A DNA stretch of 63,069 nt, filler included, from Reticulomyxa filosa (GCA_000512085.1; 21 parts of 21 records of this genome joined end to end with filler, not necessarily neighbours in it); one strand, 5' to 3'; positions 38,935-52,161 are shown, numbered from the whole stretch's first letter. Translations and numbers: made by a program. The notes: generated by a model from the sequence alone, not told the origin.

Positions 38935-39718
38935 CTACAAGTTTTCAGTGACAAGCGGATCATGTTGGTTATTGTCGTAATCGTTATCATAGTCGTTGTA
39001 CTTGTCATCCTCATTGTAGTTATCGTCCTGATAAAATTGGTCATAAGAATAGTTTTGGGGTGGCTCTCCTCCAAAAGGCAAGTTGTCAATGCTAATTAAA
39101 TGCAAATCAAAGATCAAGTCCGCATTGGGCGGGATCAAGTTCTCGGCTCCGTAAGGCCCATACGCCAATCGACTAGGAACATAGACGCGAGCTTTCTGTC
39201 CAGCACTCATTCGCATTACTGCATGTTCAATGCCCTGAATATTCTGGCCCACGCCTAATGGAGTCGCACTTACCTCTGTCGTCGAAGAGCTGTCCGTGAA
39301 GCGTCGCCAAGTATTGGGTACGGAGTGTCTATACAAGTATCATATACATATATATACATATATATATATATATATGTATATATCAATATTACTCAGTTGG
39401 GGGAGCAGTGTCAGGCTGCGTCGAAGGTTGATAGACGTATCCAGTATAAAGTAAATGGACTGTGGAATAGGCTTGGGGATAGGTTTTGTTATCTCCTTCT
39501 TTGAGCGTGATAAAATGGATGGCACGTTTATTGACATAAGGAAAGGGGTGCTCTTCGATATGTTTGGGACGGAATCTTGTGTTTTTTTTGGTTGGAGCCT
39601 TGGCATATGCATGGTTGTGGATGTGTTCATATTGTTCCTCGTCGTTGTCATTATCATTATAATTGTTGTGATCACGGTCATGACCATGGTCATCTTCATC
39701 GTCGTCGTCGTCGTCGTC
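38935..39718 (-). CDS. FKBP-type peptidyl-prolyl isomerase with acidic flanks; 5' partial
   Basis: TLKEGDNKTYPQAYSTVHLLYTG (exon ~39395-39718) and LGVGQNIQGIEHAVMRMSAGQKARVYVPSRLAYG...IPPNADLIFDLHLI. Confidence 0.85.
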
Positions 39719-39818
39719 NNNNNNNNNNNNNNNNNNNNNNNNNNNNNNNNNNNNNNNNNNNNTTAATTAATTAANNNNNNNNNNNNNNNNNNNNNNNNNN
39801 NNNNNNNNNNNNNNNNNN

Positions 39819-41070
39819 TTGTCATTGTCATTGCCAGTGATATTGTTTAGGAGGATCGTGCTTATTGGTAGCATTAATACACTTTTTACTTGAAAGCCTT
39901 GTCTGGATACAAATATATAATCTAAACATCCATGAAAGCTATAATTTGTATCATATTAAAGTGAGACAGAAAGAAAGTTTAAAAGCTGTAAGTAGTAGGA
40001 AGAGAGGAAGGACAAAGATGCTTTTTTAAAATAGACAGCACAAAACTGAGGGGTATAATTAGTAAATATAGGTTCATTCCACTCATCTAATCCATTCCGG
40101 CCTGTTTAACTTTTTCTTTGTTTGCGCTGCAATATTGAGAATAGCTTGATATTAAATCCAAAGAATGCGTTAAAGTCTGATCATTCAACGAAGGAAAAAT
40201 GTTGGTGCCACTAAGTGATTGAATGGAGCAAGTGGTTTCTTTTTCATTTTTTAAGCAATTGAATAAATAAGATTTTTTCAAAACGACCAAAGTATACGTA
40301 CTGTCGGACGTATTTTCCGTTGGAAATCTATTTGCAGTACATATGATACACACACACACACATACACACATAATGATAGCGTTTTATCAAAAAGAGACTT
40401 GAAAAGTAACTTGCAGCTGCCATGAACAAAGAAAGTGATCTGACCAGTCATGTTGTTGCATATTTGAACGGATTGTTGATCAGTCCTTTTGGCATCCATT
40501 AACATTCCCAGTTTAAGACACTTTGTGTTGTCGTTAATATCCAGAGTGGATATTGGGACGGCGAGTAAATGGTCATATTGTTTAAAGCAGCCACGAACCA
40601 CGCACGCTTGCAAAAGGGTGGTTGATTTGCCGTCGATATCGTCGACATATTGGACACTCACAATTTTGGCGATCCCACTGGCTTGATCCAGCATAGTGAG
40701 GATGTTGGCCAACAGCGACTTATCCAACTCTTTTTTGTCAGCACATTGTAACGATTCGAGCAATGTTTGGCATTTCACTACATTTTTTTTGTTTTCGCGA
40801 GATATTTGGATGTTTTCATAGTCTTTCTGCTCGTTTACTTTTTTTTCTTCTTTTCCTTTTTTCCTTTCTTTTTTTTTCTCTTTTTTCGATGAGGAAGGAG
40901 GCATCTTTTTCGTCTTGTTTTGGTGTTCCATCTCGACCCCAGTTTCTTTCTCTTTCTCTTTCTCTTGTTCATTTTCATTTTCTTCAATATTTTCATTTTC
41001 TTCAATATTTTCATTTGAATCTTCGTCTCCACTTTTCCAGTCACTCAACTCTTTAGTCTTGCTTTCGTTG
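39819..41070 (-). CDS. EEP-family nuclease/phosphodiesterase (CCR4/PDE12/angel-like), internal fragment
   Basis: Exons read LTHSLDLISSYSQY, EWNEPIFTNYT and FHGCLDYIFVS, the characteristic C-terminal EEP motifs. One probable homopolymer shift at ~40105. Confidence 0.6.
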
Positions 41071-41170
41071 NNNNNNNNNNNNNNNNNNNNNNNNNNNNNN
41101 NNNNNNNNNNNNNNTTAATTAATTAANNNNNNNNNNNNNNNNNNNNNNNNNNNNNNNNNNNNNNNNNNNN

Positions 41171-41879
41171 TCGTTAGCGTTCAGTTTTCTTTGCAACCTA
41201 CTGTACTTATAAAAGGCATTGTTTAACTAAGCGCCATAAAAATTTACGCTTAGAATTCGCTAAAAAATACAAATCATTGACCAAAGTGAACGTAGAAAAG
41301 TGATTTTTTCGATAAAATGAAATAAATCGTTTCGGAAGTGACAGAAAAGAATACATTTGGCGAAGACATAATGAAATGATTTCCGATCGTACTACTAAGC
41401 TTACTTTGAAAGGTGGTGGATGAAGCATGGTGATTTGGGGATGCATGTGGACAAAAGGAGTCTGTTATGCTGCCAAAATCACAGGAACTGTTAACTCTTA
41501 GTTGTATAAAGATATTCTGAAATGTGGAACTATCGTCAATATGTCTCGAAGAATATTATCATGAAGACTTTATCTTTCAGCAAGACAATGCATCTTGTAA
41601 CAAGTCAAATTTAACTATGGAATTTTTGGAGAATTATAGAATAGCGCTCTTAGAACATCCTCCGCATAGCACAGACCTCAATCCAAGCTAGAATCTGTTG
41701 CAAATTATAAAGATGAAAACACACTAAAACTATGAGGTTAAATCTTTGGAGCAGCTTTGGGATGTGTTTGAGAAAAATTTGAAGATATTGACAAAGATAT
41801 TTGTAGAACGTTAGTGAAATCCATGACTTATGTGATAAAAATTTTGATCAAAGCAAGGGGTATGCATACGAAATATTAA
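41171..41879 (+). mobile_element. Degenerate Tc1/mariner (DD34E-type) transposase
   Basis: RLEFAKKY, INRFGSD..YIWRR, GGG*SMVIWGCM, FQQDNASC, HPPHSTDLNP and LIKARGMHTKY*. Multiple stops and frameshifts. Confidence 0.9.
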
Positions 41880-43570
41880 GAATTTTTATTGGTATCTAAT
41901 ATCAATAAATGTGTGATTAAAGACTTTCAATTTGCATTGTATTGGGTTAAGTGTTTTAATGTGTGTACTTTTGCATTCATTATGTCTTGCGATTTGAGTT
42001 AGTACGAATGGTCTACAAGAGACTGGACTTGTCAAAAAAATATTCAGACGCTTCAATCAACTCGTATATACCTTTTTTATACAAATAATGATTACATCAT
42101 TTGTGATTTGAATATCCAACTCGCTATCTTTAGATAATTTCTCTATTATCTTAATCTTCACATTATCTACTTAGCCTTTTTTAATAATGTAATATTGTAA
42201 ATATTATAAACAAATTTCGATAATCTTTTCAAAAAATCACATCAATTGTTTTTAAAAAACTTTGTGCTGATCGATTGATCAGATATCTAGCCAATACCAA
42301 TAATAACTTCATTTAACCAATGATTTGCTTGCTGACTTGGATCTTGGTCAGCGTGTCAGTTATGCAATTACCATAGTTTCGTTCAATATGTCTCATTAAT
42401 GTTGACTTTACTGTTCTTTCTATATTATTTTATTTTTTCACAATCATTCAGAACAACATATCGTTGCACCAGCAATTTTCTTTTTGTTGATTTGTCTGTT
42501 TTTAGCAAAACAGCATTTAGCAATATTTTACGATCTAATTCGTAACATTTTGCAATGTTATCTTTGTTTTTTCAATATCTTTTTTTCAAACAGTTGCCAA
42601 CAATTACGAACGTATTTATACATTTTTTTCTGACTATTATGAATAAATTCTCGTGATATATCGTTATCACCTTTTATTTCTGGATATGATGCACAACAAA
42701 TATTGTATTGTTTTCCATCCTTTTGAATAATATCTTTCTTTATAATGTGGATATCATTCGCCCAAAGTTTTAACTAAAATTTTACTGTCAAAGTACGGAC
42801 TATAAAGTTGCAGCAACGACTCCTCTTCTTCACTAAATTTTCTCATAATGTGGTAACATAGTTGCTTTATCTTAAAACGTAATCATTATCTTTCCATTTC
42901 AGTTTCTCTTTTATCCCCACTCGGGCCACAGTCTTAAAAAAATTTTTGATTGATGGAGGAACACATAAAAAAATTGGTAAAAATCAAGACATTGTGAACA
43001 CGAATTCAATTATGCGAATTTCCAAATGATGAAAATCATTCCAATGCATCCTTGATGCGTGGAAAAACTGAAAATCATTCTCATTTCAAATTTAAAGTCA
43101 AGTCATATCACGAGATTTTTGAATTTTATTATTTTTTTTTGTGGACTTGTGTTTTAATGCTATAGTAACTTAAATTTGTTTTTTAGCTTTGTGCATGAAA
43201 GAAAAAATTTTGATAGCCAATTGTTTTTCACTAAAAGTAGTTGCAATCAAAGCTTCGTTTTCATTATCCTGTATTTTCCGCTTATTTTCTTTAATTTCTG
43301 GTTGTTATTACTGCATTGTGAGTTTGAATTCTAGTTTGCTTAAATTTACTGTAACATTCAAAATAATAAGTGTAGAATTGGATGATGTGCAAAATTTTAC
43401 CATTGAAAGTTGGCTTATTAAATTGGATGGATTGATCGTGGCAAGCAAATTTGAAGTGAGTTATGATTTAATGTTGAAACTGTGGTTAGTGTAAGTTGTA
43501 GTAAGGAGGCAAGGGAAAAAAAACACCTTTCGCAATAAAACAAACGAATTTCCTTGCTTGTTGAATAGCA

Positions 43571-45342
43571 ATGTCTCAAAATGGACGTCAAGAACAGCGT
43601 TCCCAGTCGCATTCCAAAAAGAAAGAGCTGACAAATGTGGAGCAAATTTCGCATCCAGACATAATACCAATTAACACGGAAGCGAACGACGACGTAGCGA
43701 ATCCGCAGCAGGTGAGAAATGTACAAAAGAAAAAAGCGGCTTCGTCTTCTCGTCGCAAAGGCAAAAGACATTCAATAGATGATGTTCGACAGACATCAGG
43801 TCTGGTATCAGAACCAGAAATGGTGAGTCTGAGAAAGGCCAATCAAAATAGCGATCAGCCAATAAGCCCAAGTGACGAAATGCATCCATACAATGGTGAG
43901 TCTCTCCGGCACCAATCTCCTCCGCCATTCCATGGAGCAACGGGATCTCACAAAGAAAAGAAGATTCAAAAGCATCAAAGAAATTACCAAACCTCGAAAG
44001 AGGAGTTGAGTGAATCACACCATAGCCGACAAGAATCGAACAATGAGAGTAGAGATCTGTCCTTTAGTACGTCCATATACGGACGTTATGTGACCCCTTA
44101 CCGAGCAGAGATTAAAAAAAGACCCAACACGACCAAGTCTATCGAAGATTCTGAGGATGACCTTTCTCAAAATGAAGATGGTTCTCCTTTATTCTCCCCA
44201 CTTTCCTCTCCCATCGTGACTGCAAAACAATCGACAAGGCGAAAGTATATTTTTTAGCGTTTGAATATATACGTATAGTAGACATATGTGCATACAAATA
44301 AATACACAAAATAAATATATACATGTATATGTATATATGTGTATGTATATATGTGTATGTATACATATACATATACGTATACGTATATGTATACATAGTG
44401 ATTATATTGAAGAGTATGTATTGTGTGAACCCGAAAATGAATAACACAACAAATTAGACATGGCCGACAGGATAATGTGGGATCGAGTCGAAGCAAGCGC
44501 AGACCACCGCAAACAGTGCGAAGTGACGAGGAGCCGGACGACCCGAGTACTGCTGTGAATGTATCGACTCGGCCTGGATTGCAGCGCTTTGACGCTTCCG
44601 GTCGAAGTATGTCATTTTCGCATGACAAAAAAAGATACGACAATCGAACGAATGCAGTGAATGCACGACAGCCATATCAACTGCGACAACAACAACAACA
44701 ACAACAACAGCAACAACAACAGCAACAGCAACAGAAGAGAAGGACTAGTAACAAACAAAAGAAAGACGGCAAACAAAAAAACAGCAGTAAGAATGTCATG
44801 AAAGATAATAGCGATGGAAAACGCGACAGTGAAAATGAAGCTGATGATGAACATGAAGAAAAAAAAATTGAACCAAAAAAGGAAAAAAAGAAAGTTCCAA
44901 GCGTGCATGAAATCGAACAAATTGAGTCAGAATTTCGCAGTCTTGTGTCGAGCATAGAGAGGAAGGCGAGCAATGAAAATGAGTTGCCATCATTCCTGGG
45001 TTTGAAAACCCGATTCAGCGCGGACGATCATTCGATCGACTTCCGCACACACAAAACGACTAAGTTGTATGAACAGTCGGTCCACAACGTGGCCACTGCT
45101 AGGCAAAGCAGCAAACGTAATGTGGCTGAACGACGTAAAAAATCGATCAAAATGAAGATTAAGACCACAACGACGACAATGGCGACGGCAGCAATGAGAT
45201 CGCGGCAAAAAAGAAAGAGGGGAGATACTGCTCCTCATATTGGCTCCGTACAGATGGATCATGACGACAATATGGACGACAATGACAATAACAATAGTAA
45301 CAATAATAACAATAATAATAATAATAATAATAACAATAATAA
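43571..45342 (+). CDS. Low-complexity disordered hypothetical protein (polyQ, polyN); 3' partial
   Basis: Exons 43571-~44243 and ~44458-45342 join in frame across a (TA/TATG)n-rich GT-AG intron. Confidence 0.65.
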
Positions 45343-45442
45343 NNNNNNNNNNNNNNNNNNNNNNNNNNNNNNNNNNNNNNNNNNNNTTAATTAATTAANN
45401 NNNNNNNNNNNNNNNNNNNNNNNNNNNNNNNNNNNNNNNNNN

Positions 45443-46492
45443 ACCGAAGCTGAACATTCCAAATATGTATCGCAGACATATTGAGGAACAGACCGAGCCG
45501 GGTCAATTTGTAATTGATCGCTACGTTGCCTCGTGTGATGCCCAAAGTGCAAATCGGAATGCCGGCATTCCTGCTTATGAGTCGGTTGTCGAATTCGTGT
45601 TGGATCCGAACCATACCAACATCTTTGATCTGAAAAAAGCGTTTATTGTAACCAAGAAATTGGAGACATTGCAAATTTGGGTTAGTATTTTTTTTTTTTT
45701 TTTTTTGGAAATAATATTTTCTTATATCTTTAATGTACTTTCTTTTTTTGGAGATGCAATAAGAACAAAAAAAAAAAAAAAAAAATGATAGGCAATATCA
45801 CATGGATTGGCATTTGCAGATTGCTATGACTCATTACTGGTCGACAATGCGAACATCGAGGATAGCGGGTTAGCAATTTTGATGACAGTGTTTGAGACCA
45901 ATACACATTTGAAATCGCTGGCGATATCTCGGGTGAATATCGGAAAGAAGACCTTTCAGAGCCTGTCTTCGAGCGTGACTTTGCCGAGCAGTCCATGCGC
46001 GTTGACTGAGTTGAACATCGTCGACTGCCATTTGGACCGAAGCATGCTGCCGCTGTTAGTCCCCGCCTTTGCCGTTCTCAAGTTGTCGCAATTGCGAATC
46101 ATCAATTGTTCTTTGAACAACAAAGTTAATCAAAATAAAGCGAAGATGAGAAAGAGATCGAATATTTCATTAATAATATACATATATATATGAAATTATT
46201 ATTTGTTTGTTTTTTAAAAAAAGGGCTGCCAAACGTTGTGCAGCGCATTGGAAGAAAGCAAGCAATGCGAGTGGCTGGGCCACTTGAACATGAGCAAAAA
46301 TCACTTTGGCTCAATAGGCAGCAAAGCGCTGGGATCGTTGTTAGGAAAGTGCAGTCAGTTGATGCGATTGGTGATGACCGAGTGCGAATTGGAAGGGAAC
46401 GAGTTTGTGTGGGCGTTGAACGCAAGGCCTGGTCGTTGGAACGAAAAGGACCACGGCAATAGCAATAGCAATAGCAATAGCAATAGCAATGG
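45443..46492 (+). CDS. RNI-type leucine-rich repeat protein, CARMIL-like; internal fragment
   Basis: YVASCD...IFDL...AISHGLAFADCYDSLLVD, then LRRs LKSLAISRVNIG, LTELNIVDCHL, LSQLRIINCSL and LGHLNMSKNHFG. Two GT-AG introns. Confidence 0.6.
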
Positions 46493-46592
46493 NNNNNNNN
46501 NNNNNNNNNNNNNNNNNNNNNNNNNNNNNNNNNNNNTTAATTAATTAANNNNNNNNNNNNNNNNNNNNNNNNNNNNNNNNNNNNNNNNNNNN

Positions 46593-47992
46593 TTTTTTTT
46601 TTTTGCACTTTGGAAAATGCGGTATTCCGAAGGACTTTTTTAAAACGATTGAAAAAATTTGAACAACATATTTTTTGGTGTACATGTCATATTTGTATTT
46701 GATTGGGAACGTGTTTAAACTGCATAAAAAGGGTTGATTTTTTTTTTTTAAAGGTTGGAATGGCTCCCCTCCTGGCGAACATTTGGCCTGGGGAAAAGAA
46801 TTACGAAAATACTCGTTTACATTGAATTCGTTAGTAGATGCCGATTTGGGTACTGCAGCAATATTGATATCGATGGGGGCAGTTTTGGGACGAACCAACC
46901 CAAGCCAATTGCTTTTTATGGCATTGATTGAAGTGCCTTTATACTGTATCAATTTCTACATTGTCATCCATTACTTGAAAGTGACCGATGTAGGAGGAAG
47001 CATTGTCATTCACGTGTTTGGTTGCTATTTCGGTTTGGCAGTGAGCGCTATTTTAGGAAAACCATCGAACACTGACGACAACAAGTCCATGTATCATTCA
47101 GACGTGTTTTCAATGATCGGTACCCTGTTTTTGGTAAGTTATTTATTTAATGGTGTTTTTTTTTTTTGCAAATAAAACAATTGAATCGGTTGTGAAATTG
47201 ATAATGAAATATGAAATACAAAACCTTTGCATAGTGGATGTACTGGCCAAGTTTCAACGCTTATTATGCTTATATGCCAGATGTGTCAAAGAGCGGTCAT
47301 CAAGGACTGATGCGCGACGGGGACAGAACTCGTGCTTATGTTAACACGATATTATCACTGTGTGCGGCAACAATGGCCACATTTGCCTTCAGCAAATGGA
47401 TCAAAAAAGGAAAATTGGAAATGGTTCACATTCAAAACGCGACATTGGCCGGAGGTGTCGTCATGGGCGCTTGTGCAGATTTGTATACTCATCCTGCAGG
47501 AGCAGTCGGAATTGGTTTCACTGCAGGCACCTTGTCTACACTTGGATACTGCTATGTTCAAGACTGGTTGATGAAAATTGGATTATACGACACTTGGTAC
47601 GATTTTTAAAAAAAAGGGGAGGGAAGAAAAAGGTTTCAAAAATTGTGTTGTTTTTTTTGTACAGTGGTGTGAACAATTTGCACGGAATGCCTGGTATTTT
47701 GGGCTGCATTGCTTCAGCTATCACCGTTGGTAGCTTCAGTGATAAATCAAGATATTACCACCACCGCGATATGCATTACCAAGCTTCCTATCAAATCGCT
47801 GGTTTGTGTGTGACGCTTGGCATTGCTATTGCTGGCGGTATTGCCACTGGTATTGTAATGAAATTTGTATTTCCTTCCCCGAAATCACCATACACTGACG
47901 CAGACAACTTCATTGTGCCAGCTTCAAGAAAGGACTTCTTCCGTGGCACTGTCCGTGGCAAAAAAGGTGATCCAAAATTTGAAGATGCTTAA
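46593..47992 (+). CDS. Rh50-type (Rhesus) ammonium/CO2 transporter; 5' partial
   Basis: LISMGAVLG, DVGGSIVIHVFGCYFG, SDVFSMIGTLFL|WMYWPSFN, MVHIQNATLAGGV and DT|GVNNLHGMPG. Twin-His pore residues are present. Confidence 0.93.
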
Positions 47993-48674
47993 AACAACGC
48001 TAAAGGTTGTAATAATTTTTTTTTCTCTCGATTTATTTCTTACAATTTTTTTCTCGGATGATTACTTGAGACGCACAGTTTTGAAATTTCTAAAATTTTT
48101 GCGTTTTTGGATTTGGACTGGTCAAAATAAAAACACATTTATATTTTTTATGCTCTTTTAAATGAAAGTTTTATAACAGTGCGAATAAGTGTGTTTTTGC
48201 ATGGGTGTAGTTTTTTTTTATGGCGTAGATCCGTGTTTTGGTTTTATAATCGAAAGGTTGATTTTGGGTTTTCGTTATCAACTGGAAAGATATTCTATTT
48301 TTTGTTGGACTCTTGAAACGTACGCTGTTGTAAAACTGTCACATTAATCTTTTTTGAACAGTGTTGTTGGAAGACATAAAAACATGGTAAAATTAATGGA
48401 CAGATTTTCTATAATCTGTGTACATTTTAAGTGCAACAATAAAAATTTTTACGATGCTGCTTGGTTAATTGTCCATGCAGAACTTCGTAAATAAAGTTTC
48501 CAATGTAATTTTTCAAAAAAAAATGTTTTTTAATGAAGGTTTAAAATATTTGTTTATAAAAAACAATACAAAAAAAAATCTATTAACAAGTTTAATAGAA
48601 TAACAATTACAGATTTCTTGGCTTATCAAAATCTCCAGAAGTGAATCTTATTAAAAACAGAAAAATTAATCGGT

Positions 48675-50121
48675 ATGGCGTTAACTGCAAAGGACTTTGA
48701 AGTGGGTGACTACATTCAATTGGCCAAAGAAAATCGAAGAGGATATGTGAGATTTATTGGGCGAATTCAATCGATAGGTTTATCTAAGAAATTAATCCAT
48801 TGATTTTTTTTTTGCAAGCAAAAGGAATTTTGTTATAAAATATTGTTTGGCGGCGCCAATAAACTATGTAATATATGCATATAACAAATATGTGTGCGTG
48901 GACAGGAAAAGTGTGCATAGGAGTTGAATGTGACAAAGATATTCAAAATGGGAATGACGGTTCATTCAATGGGACAAAGTATTTTGACTGTGCACCGGGG
49001 AAGGGAGCTTTTGTGGTCCCTGCAAGAATTCGTGTCATTGTCAGAAAAGCTGTAAGTCAACTTTTTACATTAAAAAAACAGAGCAGAGGGACAGAAGGAG
49101 GTGTAAAAGACATTAAAGAAATTTTAAGATAAAAAAAAAGATATGAGGGGTAGGGATACGTATACAGTTAAGAAAAAAGGGGAGATGAAAATAGACCATT
49201 TAATTGTGAGTTCGATTTTGGTATGATTTTTTTTTTGGGGGGGGGGGGGGACGGATACCATGTTGAAGAAAGCAGCAGAGCGTTCACATGCTCGTGGCCG
49301 AGCCAAGTCTCCACTTCCAAGTAATCGTAGCCAATCCATACCAGTGAAGAATAAGGGCACTGGAGCAGCAAACGAGCAAAAGCCGATCAAGCCCGATGCG
49401 CGAAGTGTATCTGCAACAAAAAGGGACACCCCCAACAAACTAACGATAGGTTTAAGTACAGTGACGGGAAATGTCGATATGTCATTTGAGATTCCAAAAG
49501 ATGCAACCCCAAAACAAACAATCGACTTCATTACATCATGTCTAAACACTATAACCACACTGCCAAAGGCACGAGCCGATCTGCTTGACAAATATAAGCA
49601 CTTGATTGCAGAAGATGAAAAGATGTCTCCGGATGATGTCAAATATGCCATTGATCAATTCAAAATCTCCATGCAAGCACAAGTTTTGGGAGAAGGAAAG
49701 GGATACATATATATGATATGTATATTACTTTCAGAATTATAAAGTTCAATGAAAAAAAAAAATATATATATACATATATATAAATATATAATTTTAATAT
49801 TTAAATATACACACTGTATAGTTAAAGGATCGACACATCCCAATTCATGAGAAGATATTCGATGTAGTAGTTACCATGGCCAAGTCATATCCAGACCAAT
49901 TCAATATTCATGCTGTGTTTTACATCAAAAAAATGATGACCCATTTGACGAATATCAACAACAAATCTATCATTTCATGTCAAAAGGCTATTGAAGAGAT
50001 TTTGAAAGGGGCCATCGATCCAAGTTGAGCATGCCTCTTCAATTTCTCAATTGCGTGTGATGACCACATCGAACGAAAGAGAGAAGAAAACAATTCAGCT
50101 TTGAACAATTTCAAAAAAAAA
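48675..50121 (+). CDS. CAP-Gly domain protein with downstream helical, possibly TOG/CLASP-like region; 3' partial
   Basis: FEVGDYIQL...GYVRFIG|...IGVECD...GNDGSFNGTKYFDCAPGKGAFV is a CAP-Gly domain. A basic S/P-rich linker follows, then helical exons ...KISMQAQ|LKDRHIPIHEKIFDVVVTMAKSY.... Confidence 0.8.
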
Positions 50122-51919
50122 NNNNNNNNNNNNNNNNNNNNNNNNNNNNNNNNNNNNNNNNNNNNTTAATTAATTAANNNNNNNNNNNNNNNNNNNNNNN
50201 NNNNNNNNNNNNNNNNNNNNNAATGACAAATCAAAAGTATGAACATTTTTTTGATGGGCATACCAGTGTTGTCATTCAAAAATCCGAAAATAAATAAGTT
50301 AGTCTGTTATTTCTATCTTAAAATGGTTATGCTTTACGAACTTAACTTGCAATACAAATTAAACAAACGAAAAAAAGTTCAAATAATTTATTAATGATAT
50401 AATTACATTTATTATGCTGTGCAGAAATATCTCTGAATTATCCGTTAGTATTTTGCGAAAAACATAAAAAAAATTATCATTAAAAAGAAAAAGATGACAC
50501 AGGGTCGTAATCACTTCACATTTGTGTCAAATTAAAATGAATCAGTATCGGTAATCTTTCAAACAATTGACTGTAGCATGTTTTCTCACTTTTACGTATA
50601 CTTTCGGAGTTCTTTTTTGTTGGACAAGTTGATACTATCGCCCATGTTGGTATTGTTGTCGTTGCTGTTATTATCATTGCTATTGACATTGACGCACTTT
50701 TAGACGTTTCCGTCAGCTATTTTTGTTCTAATTTCATGTGGTTTTTCGTTTCATACTCCAAATACCACGTTTAAACCGCTTTTCAAAGTTGCTTTCTTTC
50801 TCTTTTTTTTATAAGTAGTAATATATTCATATTATTTTTGTTTGAACTTTGAATTTACCTTTTTTTAAAAATATACTTGATGAAAAGAGTATTTTTTCAA
50901 TATTTGCAATAGAAACACATGCGGCAACTTTTTTAACTCGTTAGACCTCCATTTTCTTTTTTAAAATATAATGCTATTGCAATACTTGTTTTTAAAGTTC
51001 AAGTATTGATTTTGAAAGTGAAGTTGTTTTTCTTTTTATTCTTTTTGAAGTTAATTGTGCTGTCTCGACTATTTTTCTTAGATAATCTTTCCTTTCTAAA
51101 GCGATGATGTGACAGCATAGAAAATGACGATAACACGGAAAATCAAAACTTTTTTAGAAAGAAAAATTGTGTAAAAAATCGTGTTTTGGAACTTTCTTTC
51201 GCATGAAAATTTAAATAAACAAAGATTCTAAACACGTTTGTAATTACTTTTGATGATTTAACTTTGTATGATTGTACAAAACAAAAATACTTGGGAGAAA
51301 GAAGAAAATCATTATTGCAAATTATTATGTTTAGCAAATTGACACACTTTTACTGTAGATATGTTTGAATTATGTTCAATACTTTGCATAGAATTTATCA
51401 AAATCTATTGAACAATTTACAATCCAATTACAAAAGAAAAAGAATACGTATTTGCCGATAAAGAGTTTGACATTGTCAAAACTGTAAGATTTGATATTCG
51501 AATAAGGCAAATGAAATCATTAATATAGCTAATTTCAAAATCTTTTTTAAACATTATTATTGCGTATAATTCTTTTAGAATTCGTCGAATTAAAAATATA
51601 TTCAACTATTAAAAAATGTGCATTGGACGTGCTTATTTCTGAGCATATGCTATATTTAAATAAATGGATTGATGAGTTGATAATATTTATATTTACATAC
51701 GAACAATTCAATCAAAGAAATGAAATAAAATAAGTTTAAGTTTATTTTGAATGGATTTTATATTCATTTGTAATTTGAAAAAATATTTTCATTAACAATG
51801 TTATAATTGGCAACATAAANNNNNNNNNNNNNNNNNNNNNNNNNNNNNNNNNNNNNNNNNNNNTTAATTAATTAANNNNNNNNNNNNNNNNNNNNNNNNN
51901 NNNNNNNNNNNNNNNNNNN

Positions 51920-52161
51920 AAAAGAATGTTTGAACAAAATGCTATCAAAGTATTGAATTTCACACCAAATTCTCCAGACATGAACCAAATCGAAAATCTG
52001 TGGTGGATATTGAAAACAAAAATATTCAAAAGAAGAACTTTGGAAATAATTTAAATTAGAATGGAAAAAAAATTGACAAAGAAACATGCACAAACTTAAC
52101 AATCAATTCCAGAGAAAATACAAGCAGTATAAAATGCAAAAAGTGATTTGACCAAATAGTA
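51920..52161 (+). mobile_element. Tc1/mariner transposase C-terminal remnant
   Basis: SPDMNQIENLWWILK (SPDLNPIENLW motif) and QAV*NAKSDLTK*. Confidence 0.7.

Noticed and set aside
40380-40700. Resemblance to translation-factor domain II (eIF5B/EF-Tu)
   Set aside because: Weak. Downstream exons carry clear EEP motifs instead.
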